Source: Oscillatoriales cyanobacterium
GTDB taxonomy: Bacteria; Cyanobacteriota; Cyanobacteriia; Cyanobacteriales; Laspinemataceae
Direction: 5' to 3'
DNA: 64,000 bases
Assembly (NCBI GenBank): GCA_011390955.1
Contig: JAABRM010000001.1
Coordinates: 110,694-174,693 of the forward strand
Shown here: positions 37,852-47,517 of the stretch, one piece after another
How positions within the stretch are numbered: the first letter of the stretch is position 1
How the letters are laid out: each line of letters opens with the position of its first letter
Position numbers and translations under genes: made by a program
The notes under the pieces: model-generated
What the model was told of the DNA's origin: nothing
The model's input: the letters and a program-made list of their open reading frames with translations, nothing else
Database searches by the model: none

Positions 37852-38259
37852 GTGATTCAACCCCACGGAAAAATGCTAGGAAATTTTCAGCAAAGTAATC
37901 TCCGCATCGAAATTGATGCCTCAGCCACCGCCATTCGCGATAGCTTATTGCGATCGGATCGTTTGCAACAGTGGCTTTGGCCACAACAGCTTTCCCCCGG
38001 CATTGCCGAACAGTTGCATCCCGGACTCACCTTTACCACGGCGATCGGGCCTGTCACCGTTCAACATCAAGTCGAAATCGTCCAATCTAATTGTCTCCGC
38101 TTAATCCTCAGTCAGGGGATTGATGGCTTTCACCAGTGGTACTGGGGGGATGGCTGGGTGCAATCCAACCTAGAAGGAATTTCTCTACTCCCCCTCAACT
38201 TAGGACAAACCCTAACTTTAGTTAGACTGCGAGAATTTTTAAAGCGCCAAGAAACATGA
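37852..38259 (+). CDS. Hypothetical protein (135 aa)
   Basis: Intact ORF in an otherwise gene-free gap with no recognisable motifs. Weak. Confidence 0.3.
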   Translation: MIQPHGKMLGNFQQSNLRIEIDASATAIRDSLLRSDRLQQWLWPQQLSPGIAEQLHPGLTFTTAIGPVTVQHQVEIVQSNCLRLILSQGIDGFHQWYWGDGWVQSNLEGISLLPLNLGQTLTLVRLREFLKRQET

Positions 38260-38287
38260 GGAGTTTCAGGAGCCCGCCATCGGCAGA

Positions 38288-38478
38288 GGAGAACAATTAA
38301 CAATTGATAATTGACAATTGACAATTGACAATTATCAATTACACCCCAACCAACAACAACGAACAACCAACAACCAAAGAATCCCTACCCAACAACCAAC
38401 AATCAACAACCAACAATCAACAACCAACAATCAACAACCAACAACCAACCAACAACCAACAACCAACAAAAAATATCA
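38288..38478. repeat. Composite short-repeat tract: (AATTGAT/AATTGAC)n palindromic heptamers followed by (CAACCAA)n heptamers
   Basis: aattaacaattgataattgacaattgacaattgacaattatcaattaca then caaccaacaacaacgaacaaccaacaaccaaag...caaccaacaatcaacaaccaacaa.... Generates spurious TTNNQQP ORFs (38318..38518, 38325..38567). Confidence 0.85.
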
Positions 38479-39240
38479 CTCCAATAAATCTGGTTGTTCC
38501 CGCACAATTTTTTCATAGAGGGATTGAAAGCCAAACCAGCCCATATAATGAGTGCCCACTTGACTAAAAGTTAAACGAGCCACTTCTTGAGAAATCAACA
38601 CAGGTTTGCCCACTGCCTCGGCCATTAACTGAGCATGACAAGAACGCTCCATCGTAATAAACCACCAAGCCGCTTCATCCACAGAATGACCCACGGTGAG
38701 TAAGCCATGATTTCTTAAAATAATCGCCTTTTTTTCCCCTAAAGTTTTTGCCAGACGTTCGCCCTCTTTCAGATCGAGAACCACCCCAGTATAGTCATCA
38801 AATAAGGCATGATCTTGATAGAAAGCACAAGCATCTTGAGTCAGGGGATCGAGTAAACGTCCCAAGGTTGACCAAGTTTTGCCATAGAGGGAATGGGAAT
38901 GTGCAGCGGCGATCGCATCAGGACGGGCTTGGTGAATTTGCGAGTGAATCGCAAATGCCGCCGCATTCACCAATTTATTACCATGAACCACCTCACCTTT
39001 GTGATTGACTAGCAATAAATCGGAAACGCGAATATGACCAAAATACATCCCGAATGGGTTGACCCAAAAATGATCCGTTAATTCCGGGTCACGGGCTGTA
39101 ATATGTCCGGCGACTCCTTCATCAAATCCATAATAAGCAAACAGACGCAGGGCTGCGGCTAAACGTTGTTTTAGATGTAATCGCCGATCTTCAACGCGAT
39201 CGAATGTCGGCGGTTGGGGGAGTCCGGGTTGAATAGACAT
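38476..39240 (-). CDS. Class II aldolase/adducin family protein
   Basis: GVAGHITARDPELTDHFWVNPFGMYF...HSQIHQARPDAIAAAHSHSLYGKTWS, the class II aldolase N-terminal domain pattern with HxH metal ligands. Confidence 0.75.
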   Translation of the reverse strand: MSIQPGLPQPPTFDRVEDRRLHLKQRLAAALRLFAYYGFDEGVAGHITARDPELTDHFWVNPFGMYFGHIRVSDLLLVNHKGEVVHGNKLVNAAAFAIHSQIHQARPDAIAAAHSHSLYGKTWSTLGRLLDPLTQDACAFYQDHALFDDYTGVVLDLKEGERLAKTLGEKKAIILRNHGLLTVGHSVDEAAWWFITMERSCHAQLMAEAVGKPVLISQEVARLTFSQVGTHYMGWFGFQSLYEKIVREQPDLLE

Positions 39241-39550
39241 GGCTTTAATTGTGCTTCCTAGGCGTAGGTTGACAGGATTTACGATCTTAAGTTAGCGGCT
39301 GAATTAGGTATTAATCTACCGCAGAAATATTAACAGAAAATTTGTTTACGACTTATGACGCAAAAATCCTGTATTGTCACCCTTGCCAAGGGCCAAACCA
39401 TCGATCCTACCTACAGCTAGAGAAAGGGTAAGTCCTATAAACGATCCGAAAAAACTCTGAAATCCACCTAGACAGTCTGCTGAATTTTGCTTAAAATTTA
39501 AACCAGCTAAGAGTCAACAAAATGCCATCACTTTCTTAAGAAAAATTAAT

Positions 39551-41944
39551 ATGAGCCAGAAACTAATGGTAAACCAGAAATTACGGACTTCCAAGGAAGG
39601 CAATAAAAAAGCGAAAAAATCCCTGCTGCGTAAACAGTTCACCGAAATGCATCTAGCCGTTCAAATCGGTCTGAATTATCGCGACTCAGTAGAAAAATTT
39701 TTTCTCGGTGAATCTATTGAATATTATATTTTTCAACAAATTTGCTTGCGCCTGGATCTGAAATGGGAAGAAATTGCGGAACTCGATTCCGCTTACCTGG
39801 AAAACTACAGCCCTGAAATCAACAACCTGGTCGATAGAGTGAAAGAAATCGTCCGACCAAAAATTGCCGATCGCTGCGGTAAAATGCGTTTTTTAGATCG
39901 GGCTGAACCAATTAATTTAACCGAACTGTACACTAGAGTTCATATTTTAGAAGCCAGTCCAAATCAAGGATATTTGGATATGGCTGAATTAAACCATAAA
40001 TTTACCTTAGAAAAATTCGATCGCTTAGGACTTGGCCATATATCTGAACCCAGAGTATTAGGAGTAAAAGCTGTTGAGCGTTATCCTAAAGTCATGGTAT
40101 TGGGAAAACCAGGTTCGGGAAAAAGTACCTTTTTAAAATATCTAGCCATGCAATGCAATGCCGGGAAATTAAATCATCATCTGGTGCCAATTTTTATTCC
40201 GATGAAAGAATTTGAACGAGTAGAAATATGCCCAAGCTTAATTGAATATATTACCCAGGTATATGCGCCAAGCAACGAAGAAAAAATAGAATTCGTTCAG
40301 GCTTTACAAGAACTAATGAATCGTGGGAGAGTGATGATTTTACTGGATGGAATTGATGAAGTCCCAGATACATCTCAGCACCGGATTTTAAGACAAATTC
40401 GAGAGTTAACGGAAAATTTTAGTTCAAATCAATTTGTGATGACCTGCCGGATGGCAGTTCAAGAATACGCCTGGGAAAACTTTATTCAAGTTCAAGTAGC
40501 AGACTTAGATATTAAGCAAATTATTACCTTTGTTCGCCAATGGTTTGGGTGCAAAAATGAAAAAAAGAATAAATATTTTATCAGTAAATTGCGGGAAAAT
40601 ACCTCGATTCAAACTTTGGCGAACAACCCACTATTGTTGACATTGTTATGTTTAGTTTTTGAAAAAAATGATGAGTTTCCCCGGAATCAAATTGAATTGT
40701 ACGATCGGGGGCTGAAAATTCTCTTGGATCGATGGGATGAACAAAAATCAATAGAAGGCGACGCTATCTATCGAAACTTATCGTTAAAAACAAAACAAGC
40801 TTTACTTGAAAAAGTCGCCATGAGAATTTGTTTGTGGGGTGAATACTTTGTCAAAAAGTCAGATTTGATCCAGTATATTTTTGAATCAATGAACCAATTA
40901 CCTGAAGCGGTGAATCGTCTAGAAAATTCAGCCAGAGATAGTGAGATAATTTTAAAATCGATTCAATCGCAACATGGATTATTGGTGGAAAGAACTCCGG
41001 GAATTTACTCATTTTATCATCCCACTTTTCAGCAGTATTTTACGGCCAGAGCGATGGTCAACTCGCAAAATTTACAAAGTATGTTAGGGTTGGTCAACTC
41101 GGTGACGCAATCAATTTGGCGAGAAGTATTCTTACTCACAAACGAAATGATTTCTAATAGCGATGAACTGCTGCGATTAATGAAAAATAAGATCGATCGC
41201 CTCATGGCTGGGGATGAAAAACTTCAGCAATTTCTCACCTGGGCATATCGGAAATCTTTATCGGTGCCAGTTTCGTTTAAACCCGCAGCAGTTCGAGCTT
41301 TTTATTTAGCCCTATTTCCCCACCTGAACCCGAATCTTAGTGACCTTGACCTGGACCTGAATCTAACTCTAGCCTGTGACCCTGGTTTTGATTTAGCGAT
41401 CGAGCGGTTTCTTCACCTTGACTATCTTTTGGTTCTGACTTTAGCGCGGGCATTAGCCCCAACGTTGACTCGTGATTTGGCTTTGACCTTGGCTTATGTT
41501 CAAGCGCGTGTTAGAGTATTAGGCTTTGATTTTCCCATCAATCCTGAATTTGAAAAGTCTTTGGCAAACTTGAAAAAAGAACTCAACCAGTCTGATGAGC
41601 AGATTCAGCATCTTATGGAAGATTGGCAGACTAATCCTCTGGCTTGGATTTCGCGCCTAAAAATGGCCAGAAAGTGGTGGCAATCAAATCGTCTCGCTTG
41701 GACAGATCGATTACAAAAGATGATGGCGGAATACCGGGATATTGGCCATGATTGGCAGTTTACCTATCATCAAGAGCAATTGCTGAAGCAATATTATTAT
41801 GCGAATCAGTTATTGATTGATTGCTTAAATCGAGCGAATTATGTTTCCAGTGATTTGCGGGAAGAGATCGAAGCTACTTTGTTGTCACCCCTGGCCGCAA
41901 TTGAAAGCCAGACCACCAATTATAGTAATTTCAATTGTGATTGA
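39551..41944 (+). CDS. NACHT-family STAND NTPase with an uncharacterised N-terminal domain and C-terminal helical sensor region
   Basis: Walker A VMVLGKPGSGKSTFLKYLAMQ; Walker B RVMILLDGIDEV; downstream NACHT motifs (FVMTCR..., NPLLLTLLCLVF). The ~180-aa N-terminal region and ~350-aa C-terminal alpha-helical region have no known repeat type (not WD40/TPR). Confidence 0.8.
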   Translation: MSQKLMVNQKLRTSKEGNKKAKKSLLRKQFTEMHLAVQIGLNYRDSVEKFFLGESIEYYIFQQICLRLDLKWEEIAELDSAYLENYSPEINNLVDRVKEIVRPKIADRCGKMRFLDRAEPINLTELYTRVHILEASPNQGYLDMAELNHKFTLEKFDRLGLGHISEPRVLGVKAVERYPKVMVLGKPGSGKSTFLKYLAMQCNAGKLNHHLVPIFIPMKEFERVEICPSLIEYITQVYAPSNEEKIEFVQALQELMNRGRVMILLDGIDEVPDTSQHRILRQIRELTENFSSNQFVMTCRMAVQEYAWENFIQVQVADLDIKQIITFVRQWFGCKNEKKNKYFISKLRENTSIQTLANNPLLLTLLCLVFEKNDEFPRNQIELYDRGLKILLDRWDEQKSIEGDAIYRNLSLKTKQALLEKVAMRICLWGEYFVKKSDLIQYIFESMNQLPEAVNRLENSARDSEIILKSIQSQHGLLVERTPGIYSFYHPTFQQYFTARAMVNSQNLQSMLGLVNSVTQSIWREVFLLTNEMISNSDELLRLMKNKIDRLMAGDEKLQQFLTWAYRKSLSVPVSFKPAAVRAFYLALFPHLNPNLSDLDLDLNLTLACDPGFDLAIERFLHLDYLLVLTLARALAPTLTRDLALTLAYVQARVRVLGFDFPINPEFEKSLANLKKELNQSDEQIQHLMEDWQTNPLAWISRLKMARKWWQSNRLAWTDRLQKMMAEYRDIGHDWQFTYHQEQLLKQYYYANQLLIDCLNRANYVSSDLREEIEATLLSPLAAIESQTTNYSNFNCD

Positions 41945-41954
41945 CATAAAACAT

Positions 41955-42040
41955 CCGGGGCGCAAGCATTGCGCCCCTACAATATATGTTCATTTGCTGT
42001 AGGGGCGCAATGCTTGCGCCCCCAAATTTTTGTATCAATC
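41955..42040. terminator. Pair of inverted GGGGCGCAATGCTTGCGCCCC palindromes between convergent genes (bidirectional terminator-like)
   Basis: ccggggcgcaagcattgcgcccctac ... gtaggggcgcaatgcttgcgcccccaaattttt. Perfect GC-rich hairpins followed by a T-run; located between the NACHT (+) and kinase (-) 3' ends. Confidence 0.5.
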
Positions 42041-42058
42041 ACAATTGAAATAATTATA

Positions 42059-43993
42059 CTATTCCCTGACTTCTGGTATTTGCTGAAGTGACTCGTTCTC
42101 CCCTGAGTCAGACTCGGCGTGACGCACTGGAAAAGCGATCGCAAATTCGGTGCCATAATCGGGATTAGACTGACAAGAAATCTGCCCATGATGCTGTTGC
42201 ATCACTTGATAAGCGATCGCCAATCCTAAGCCAGTTCCCGAACCCACTGGCTTGGTAGTGAAAAAAGGATCGAACATCTGCTGTTGAATTTCTATGGGAA
42301 TCACCGGCCCATTATTTTTAATTCTTACCGTCACTAAGTCCGCTGAACTCATTTCCGTCCGAATGGTAATTTCTTTAGGTTCTAAACTGCGATCTGATTT
42401 TAAGGCATCAATGGCATTATTGAGCAAATTAAACCACACTTGGTTGAGTTGGGCGGGATAACATTCTACGGGCATCAATTCACCATATTCTTTAATCACA
42501 GTGATTTTATTATCCAGTCGATTTTTTAAGATTAATAAAGTGCTTTCAATTCCTTGGTGTAAATCTACCTTTTTTAATTCAGCTTCATCCAGCCGAGAAA
42601 AGTTCCGCAAAGAAATGACCAACTCTCGAATCCGATTGCTGCCATTTTTCATGGAAGTGATTAGCTGCGGTAAGTCTTCTTCAATAAATTCTAGTTCAAT
42701 TTGCTCTAATTTCGCGGCAATATTTGGAGTCGATCTAGGATACTCTTCTTGATATAAATGAATTAAATCTAGCAAAACTTTGGTATATTCTTCTGTATAA
42801 AACAAATTACCTTGAATGAAATTAATGGGATTGTTAATTTCATGGGCAATTCCGCCTACTAAATTTCCTAAGCTGGCCATTTTCTCTTTTTGAATTAACT
42901 TAATTTGAGCGAATTTTAATTCACCAAAAGCATGATTTAACTCTTCGTTTTTGGCTTTTAACATCTCTTCGGAACTGCGGAGATTTTCTTCAATTCGTTT
43001 CCGTTCATCAATTTCATTTAAGATTTTTTGATTTTTTTTCTTTAATTGATGATGGGTTTTTATATAATCGATGATTAATCCGGCTAAGGGAACTAGGTAA
43101 GCAATAATCTTTAAAAAGTGACCAATATTAAAATCATTATCAAACAAAGCCTTTGAACCAAAAACCATGTGTATTTGAGTGGCAGCATTAGGAATGGTAC
43201 TGACGATCAAAGAATGAGCAAAAACACTGGGATATCTTTGGTAAAACTTTGGGTAAATCAGTAAACCCGCTAAAATAAACATGATTAAAGGAGCCACATC
43301 CCAAGGTCTAGTAATCAAGGAATCAGGAAATATTGTTTCCGGCAGAGTATGACTGGTAGCACTAATTTTAATAATCTGATAAGCGATTAAACCAAAAATT
43401 AAGCTAGTGATAATGACTATGGTGATATTTCCCTGCCACTTTTCTGATTTTAGGAACAGAAAAATACTCACCCCAATTATGGTGAGTAAAGCGTTGAACA
43501 TTCGGCAAATCGCCCAAGTAAAGGGAATTAAGTTATGATGATCCGCAGCCGCATCAATTAACCGATCTGCCGCTAATGTATGAAAAGCATCCATAATTCC
43601 GGCACATAGTAAGGCTATACCAATGACCAGAGTGGTTGTCTCGCGCTTAATCGTAAAGTGAGCAAATGCTAAAATTGTGGTGAATATCGCGGCACAAAAT
43701 GCACTCCACTCTAGGATGGTATGAGTAAAACTTCCGGCTAAAGTATGGTGGAGTCGATCCTCAAGAATACGCGGGTCGAGATTAGCTGCTGCCGCAAAAT
43801 CTAAGGCATATTGAGATGAGGCAAAATCTACTCCCAATAGATTCAGCAAGAATGGCAAAACGCAAATCAAGGCAACGATCGCAGTTAATTGGGGGGGTAG
43901 TTGAAAATGGCTTGATGAGCGATCGCCTATAAATTTTCCGGGATTCAAGATCGGCATCGATTTAACCAGTTGTACCAAATTAATATTTTTCAT
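42059..43993 (-). CDS. Membrane sensor histidine kinase (polytopic N-terminal sensor domain, coiled-coil, HisKA/HATPase)
   Basis: ~8 predicted TM helices, then H-box LVGGIAHEINNPINFIQGN, N-box WFNLLNNAIDAL, G-box GSGTGLGLAIAYQVM. Confidence 0.8.
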   Translation of the reverse strand: MKNINLVQLVKSMPILNPGKFIGDRSSSHFQLPPQLTAIVALICVLPFLLNLLGVDFASSQYALDFAAAANLDPRILEDRLHHTLAGSFTHTILEWSAFCAAIFTTILAFAHFTIKRETTTLVIGIALLCAGIMDAFHTLAADRLIDAAADHHNLIPFTWAICRMFNALLTIIGVSIFLFLKSEKWQGNITIVIITSLIFGLIAYQIIKISATSHTLPETIFPDSLITRPWDVAPLIMFILAGLLIYPKFYQRYPSVFAHSLIVSTIPNAATQIHMVFGSKALFDNDFNIGHFLKIIAYLVPLAGLIIDYIKTHHQLKKKNQKILNEIDERKRIEENLRSSEEMLKAKNEELNHAFGELKFAQIKLIQKEKMASLGNLVGGIAHEINNPINFIQGNLFYTEEYTKVLLDLIHLYQEEYPRSTPNIAAKLEQIELEFIEEDLPQLITSMKNGSNRIRELVISLRNFSRLDEAELKKVDLHQGIESTLLILKNRLDNKITVIKEYGELMPVECYPAQLNQVWFNLLNNAIDALKSDRSLEPKEITIRTEMSSADLVTVRIKNNGPVIPIEIQQQMFDPFFTTKPVGSGTGLGLAIAYQVMQQHHGQISCQSNPDYGTEFAIAFPVRHAESDSGENESLQQIPEVRE

Positions 43994-44206
43994 TTGCTAA
44001 AATAATTTACCCAAAAATTAAATCTAATATTTTTATGATATGACCGAAGAAATATCTAGGTTCATCTTGGCTAATAAAAATTTACCAAATTCTCTCTAGA
44101 AGCAGATTTTGTTTGAAACAAGGCGCGGATTTTAATCATATTTTTTCGATTGATGCTATGCTGTGATAGAGAATAAGCATTTTAGGATAACTAGGCTTTG
44201 GTGTAA

Positions 44207-45718
44207 ATGTCAAGTTCTAACTCAAGTTTAAATTGGATTTACCAAAAAATTCGCGAACCGCTCGATCGCCTAGCATTGGTATTGATCGGTATTTTCACGG
44301 TGGTGATGATTGCTCTATTGGTTGGAGGCAACCACAGCGCTCCCCGAATCAGAAATTTTAGCTGGCAAAACCAACAAGTTGGCAGCGATGACCGAGCATT
44401 TATTCTGACATTTAGCCGTCCGATGAATCATAGCAGCGTTGCAGAAAATTTACGCATTGACCCTTCTTTACCGGGAAAAATTAGCTGGGCGGGGAGAAGA
44501 ATGGCTTATACTTTAAACCAACCAATTCCTTATGGTCAAAACTTTGAATTACAACTCCAAGGAGCGAGGGATTTATTTGCCAAACCAGGGGAAATTAAGT
44601 CTTTAAGTGAGCCGTTTATTGGTAGTTTTTGTAGTCGCGATCGCGCTTTTGTCTATTTGGGGGCAAGTCCAGAAGATCGAGGACAATTAGTTCTTTATAA
44701 CCTGACCAGAACCAGAGCCAGAATTTTAACCCCCAAAGACCTCGTAGTGATGGATTATAAAATCTATCCCCAGGGCGATCGCATTTTATTTTCTGCCGTA
44801 CCGCGATCGGATAGCGGCAAAGCCCGACTTAATCCTAGTCTCTATCAGGTGAGTACCGGGATTTCCCAAGATTGTTCTGCTCAAACGGATTCAAGCACCA
44901 CTGGTCTAAAACTGGAACAAATTTTACCTACGGATCGATACCAAAATCTCAGTTTTGACTTGTCACCAGATGGCAAAACGATTCTGGTCAATCGAATTAA
45001 CCTGCAAAATCCATCTGATTCTGGTCTTTGGATCGTTCGAGAAGGGAGAAAACCACAGCCATTAGGCAATCAGCCCGGTGGTAACTTCTTATTCACCCCA
45101 GATAGCAAAACTGTGGCAATTTTGCAAGGTCAAGGTGTGGCTATTTTACCATTAGAACCGAACAGTGAACCGTTAGATTTTATACCCAAATTTGAAATGT
45201 TGTTTGATTTTACCCGCGATGGTACAGCCGCCGTCATGGGAACTTTTAACCGAGATATAGAAAACCCCACGCGATCGCTATTTTTAGTGACAAATCAAGG
45301 GGTGGAAACAGAGATATTACGCACCAGAGGCTCTATTTTAGATGCTCAATTTGACCCTACTAATCAAATTATCTACTGCTCGATCACCAAGCTGATCGAC
45401 GACGAAGAAGAACAACAATATCGGGAAGAACCATTAATCGCTGCCCTAGATATTAAGACCAAAAAACTCACTCCCTTAGTGTTGCTGCCCAATCAGCGAA
45501 ATCTTCAAATGAGTCTATCTCCAGATGGTTTGGGTTTGTTGTTCGATCAAGAAAGTCAAAATAGCAGGTCTCCTAACACATCGGCGGATCAACCGGGCAA
45601 TAATAGTCGTTTGTGGCTCATCCCTTTAGATATTAATGCATTTGCCAGAGAAAATGTCCCGCAAGTGGAACCCCAAAGACTCCCGTTTGTCGGGATTAAA
45701 CCTCAGTGGTTGCCCTAA
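44207..45718 (+). CDS. Hypothetical membrane-anchored protein with PD40/TolB-like beta-propeller-type repeats
   Basis: N-terminal TM (LALVLIGIFTVVMIALLVGG); repeated motifs LSPDGKTILVNR, FTPDSKTVAIL, LSPDGLGLLFDQ. Confidence 0.5.
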   Translation: MSSSNSSLNWIYQKIREPLDRLALVLIGIFTVVMIALLVGGNHSAPRIRNFSWQNQQVGSDDRAFILTFSRPMNHSSVAENLRIDPSLPGKISWAGRRMAYTLNQPIPYGQNFELQLQGARDLFAKPGEIKSLSEPFIGSFCSRDRAFVYLGASPEDRGQLVLYNLTRTRARILTPKDLVVMDYKIYPQGDRILFSAVPRSDSGKARLNPSLYQVSTGISQDCSAQTDSSTTGLKLEQILPTDRYQNLSFDLSPDGKTILVNRINLQNPSDSGLWIVREGRKPQPLGNQPGGNFLFTPDSKTVAILQGQGVAILPLEPNSEPLDFIPKFEMLFDFTRDGTAAVMGTFNRDIENPTRSLFLVTNQGVETEILRTRGSILDAQFDPTNQIIYCSITKLIDDEEEQQYREEPLIAALDIKTKKLTPLVLLPNQRNLQMSLSPDGLGLLFDQESQNSRSPNTSADQPGNNSRLWLIPLDINAFARENVPQVEPQRLPFVGIKPQWLP

Positions 45719-45872
45719 AAATTGGGGGTTCCTTCGGCGCTTTCGGCACAGAGGAGATGAATTATTTGCCGATTCTTTCTCCTCTATTTCTTTTATTTCT
45801 TTCTCCTCTATATATCTCCTGATTTGGTTGAGGGCTAATTGCTGTTCGATCGACCTTCAACCAAGAGGGGAT

Positions 45873-46940
45873 TTAACGATTGCGTAAGGCCGCAAGTCTT
45901 TGTCGCGCTTTGGTATGATTCGGAGTAATTCTTAAAGCGCGATCGTAAGATTGCATCGCCTCTTCATATTTTTCCAGTAATTCTAGGGCGACACCTCGGT
46001 TATACCAAGCACTCGCAGGTCCGGTGTTGACTCCCCATTCTCCCTGACTGGCTAAGGCGCTATCGTAAGCTGCCACGGCTTTTTCTAAATTAGTTTTTGC
46101 CTCCTCGCTGTTTTCTGCTTGCAATAAACTATTGCCTTTTTGCAAGAATGCCGTGGCCAGATTAAACCAAGCGAGGGCAAATTGATCGTTCAGTTTTGTG
46201 GCTTGTTCAAAAGCGGCGATCGCCTCATCCCGCTTGTCCAAAGACCACAGCACTGAACCGACGTTAATGGCGACATTGGCTTGATTAAATTGACCCCAAT
46301 TTTGATTAATTTCCAGTGCTTTCTGGAAATCCCCTAAAGCCTCTTCATATCTTTCCGCTTGTTTATAAATTAACCCCCGCGTGAATAAAGTCATAGAAGA
46401 ATTGGGATTAAGTTTCAAAGCTTGATTCACCGCTGCGATCGCCCGGTCATACTGTTGCATTTCTTGCAAAACATTACTACAACCAATCCAAGCTTCCGAG
46501 TTATTCTGGTCAAGGGCGATCGCCCGGGCATAAGCCGTCAGTGCGTGGGGATATTGCTTGATGGTCAGCAGATATTGACCTTGACCGATCCAGGCGGAAA
46601 CATTGTCCCCGACTTCTCGGAGTAATTCTGGCCGATTCATCTCCGTCTGTGGCACACAAATTTCGGCCACCGTAGTCGCATCTGATGGAACTGCCGGACT
46701 ATTTTCTTCCGTGGCAGTGGGGGCATCTGGAGTCGAATTTGCTTGGGCGATTCGGGTTGGCGATTCTGCGAAGGCGATCGCATCCTCTAAAGCCACCCCC
46801 TGGGCGATCGAATGCTCCACCGCTAACCCAGGAACTGCTAACCCAGGAATTGCTAACCCAGGAATTGCTAACCCAGGAAAAACCCCTGCCAGGGTCAGCA
46901 TCACCGCATTTAGACTTAAGCTTTTCCAGTTTTTTCGCAT
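45873..46940 (-). CDS. Secreted tetratricopeptide-repeat (TPR) protein
   Basis: Signal peptide with (GLAIP)n; ≥6 TPR units (AWIGCSNVLQEMQQYDRAIAAVNQALKLNPNS ...). Confidence 0.7.
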   Translation of the reverse strand: MRKNWKSLSLNAVMLTLAGVFPGLAIPGLAIPGLAVPGLAVEHSIAQGVALEDAIAFAESPTRIAQANSTPDAPTATEENSPAVPSDATTVAEICVPQTEMNRPELLREVGDNVSAWIGQGQYLLTIKQYPHALTAYARAIALDQNNSEAWIGCSNVLQEMQQYDRAIAAVNQALKLNPNSSMTLFTRGLIYKQAERYEEALGDFQKALEINQNWGQFNQANVAINVGSVLWSLDKRDEAIAAFEQATKLNDQFALAWFNLATAFLQKGNSLLQAENSEEAKTNLEKAVAAYDSALASQGEWGVNTGPASAWYNRGVALELLEKYEEAMQSYDRALRITPNHTKARQRLAALRNR

Positions 46941-47517
46941 CCGTTTAATCTCCCAAAATTATAAGTTTCGCTTTATCAATCTTATCAATTTAATCATGGG
47001 ATTATCGGAAAAACGATGGCAGTTCCATCATCCGGTTATTCCTCACCCAAGTCATTATTTCTCGGAGTTATTACCGCCGTCACCAGGGGATTCTTTGCAC
47101 AATAAACATAGATGCTTTGACTCTTACTGAATAATAATAATTATCAGACTTTCCGGGACTGAATATGTTTCTTGACTCATCATCACCCGATGCAAATTTT
47201 TACCCCTGAAGAATCCTCATCACATCCTGAAATCCCATGCTGAGACGGATCGTGTTGCTCCCCCAGGGGGTCTTAATACCAAGTATAAAAAATTTTGCTA
47301 CAATTCCCAGATTTATTTGGGTTGATGTAGGGGCGATCCCGATCCGGGAACCCCATGAACCTACTGTTGCATGAATTTTTGTAAATGGTATAACAAAGAA
47401 ACCGAGTTTCTCTGAAATATCTTCTGGATGGCGAAGATATTTTTGGCAGAAACCCGGTTTCTTTGTGCTTAACCCAATTAAAGATGATTAGAGATAATTA
47501 GAGATAATTAAAGATGA

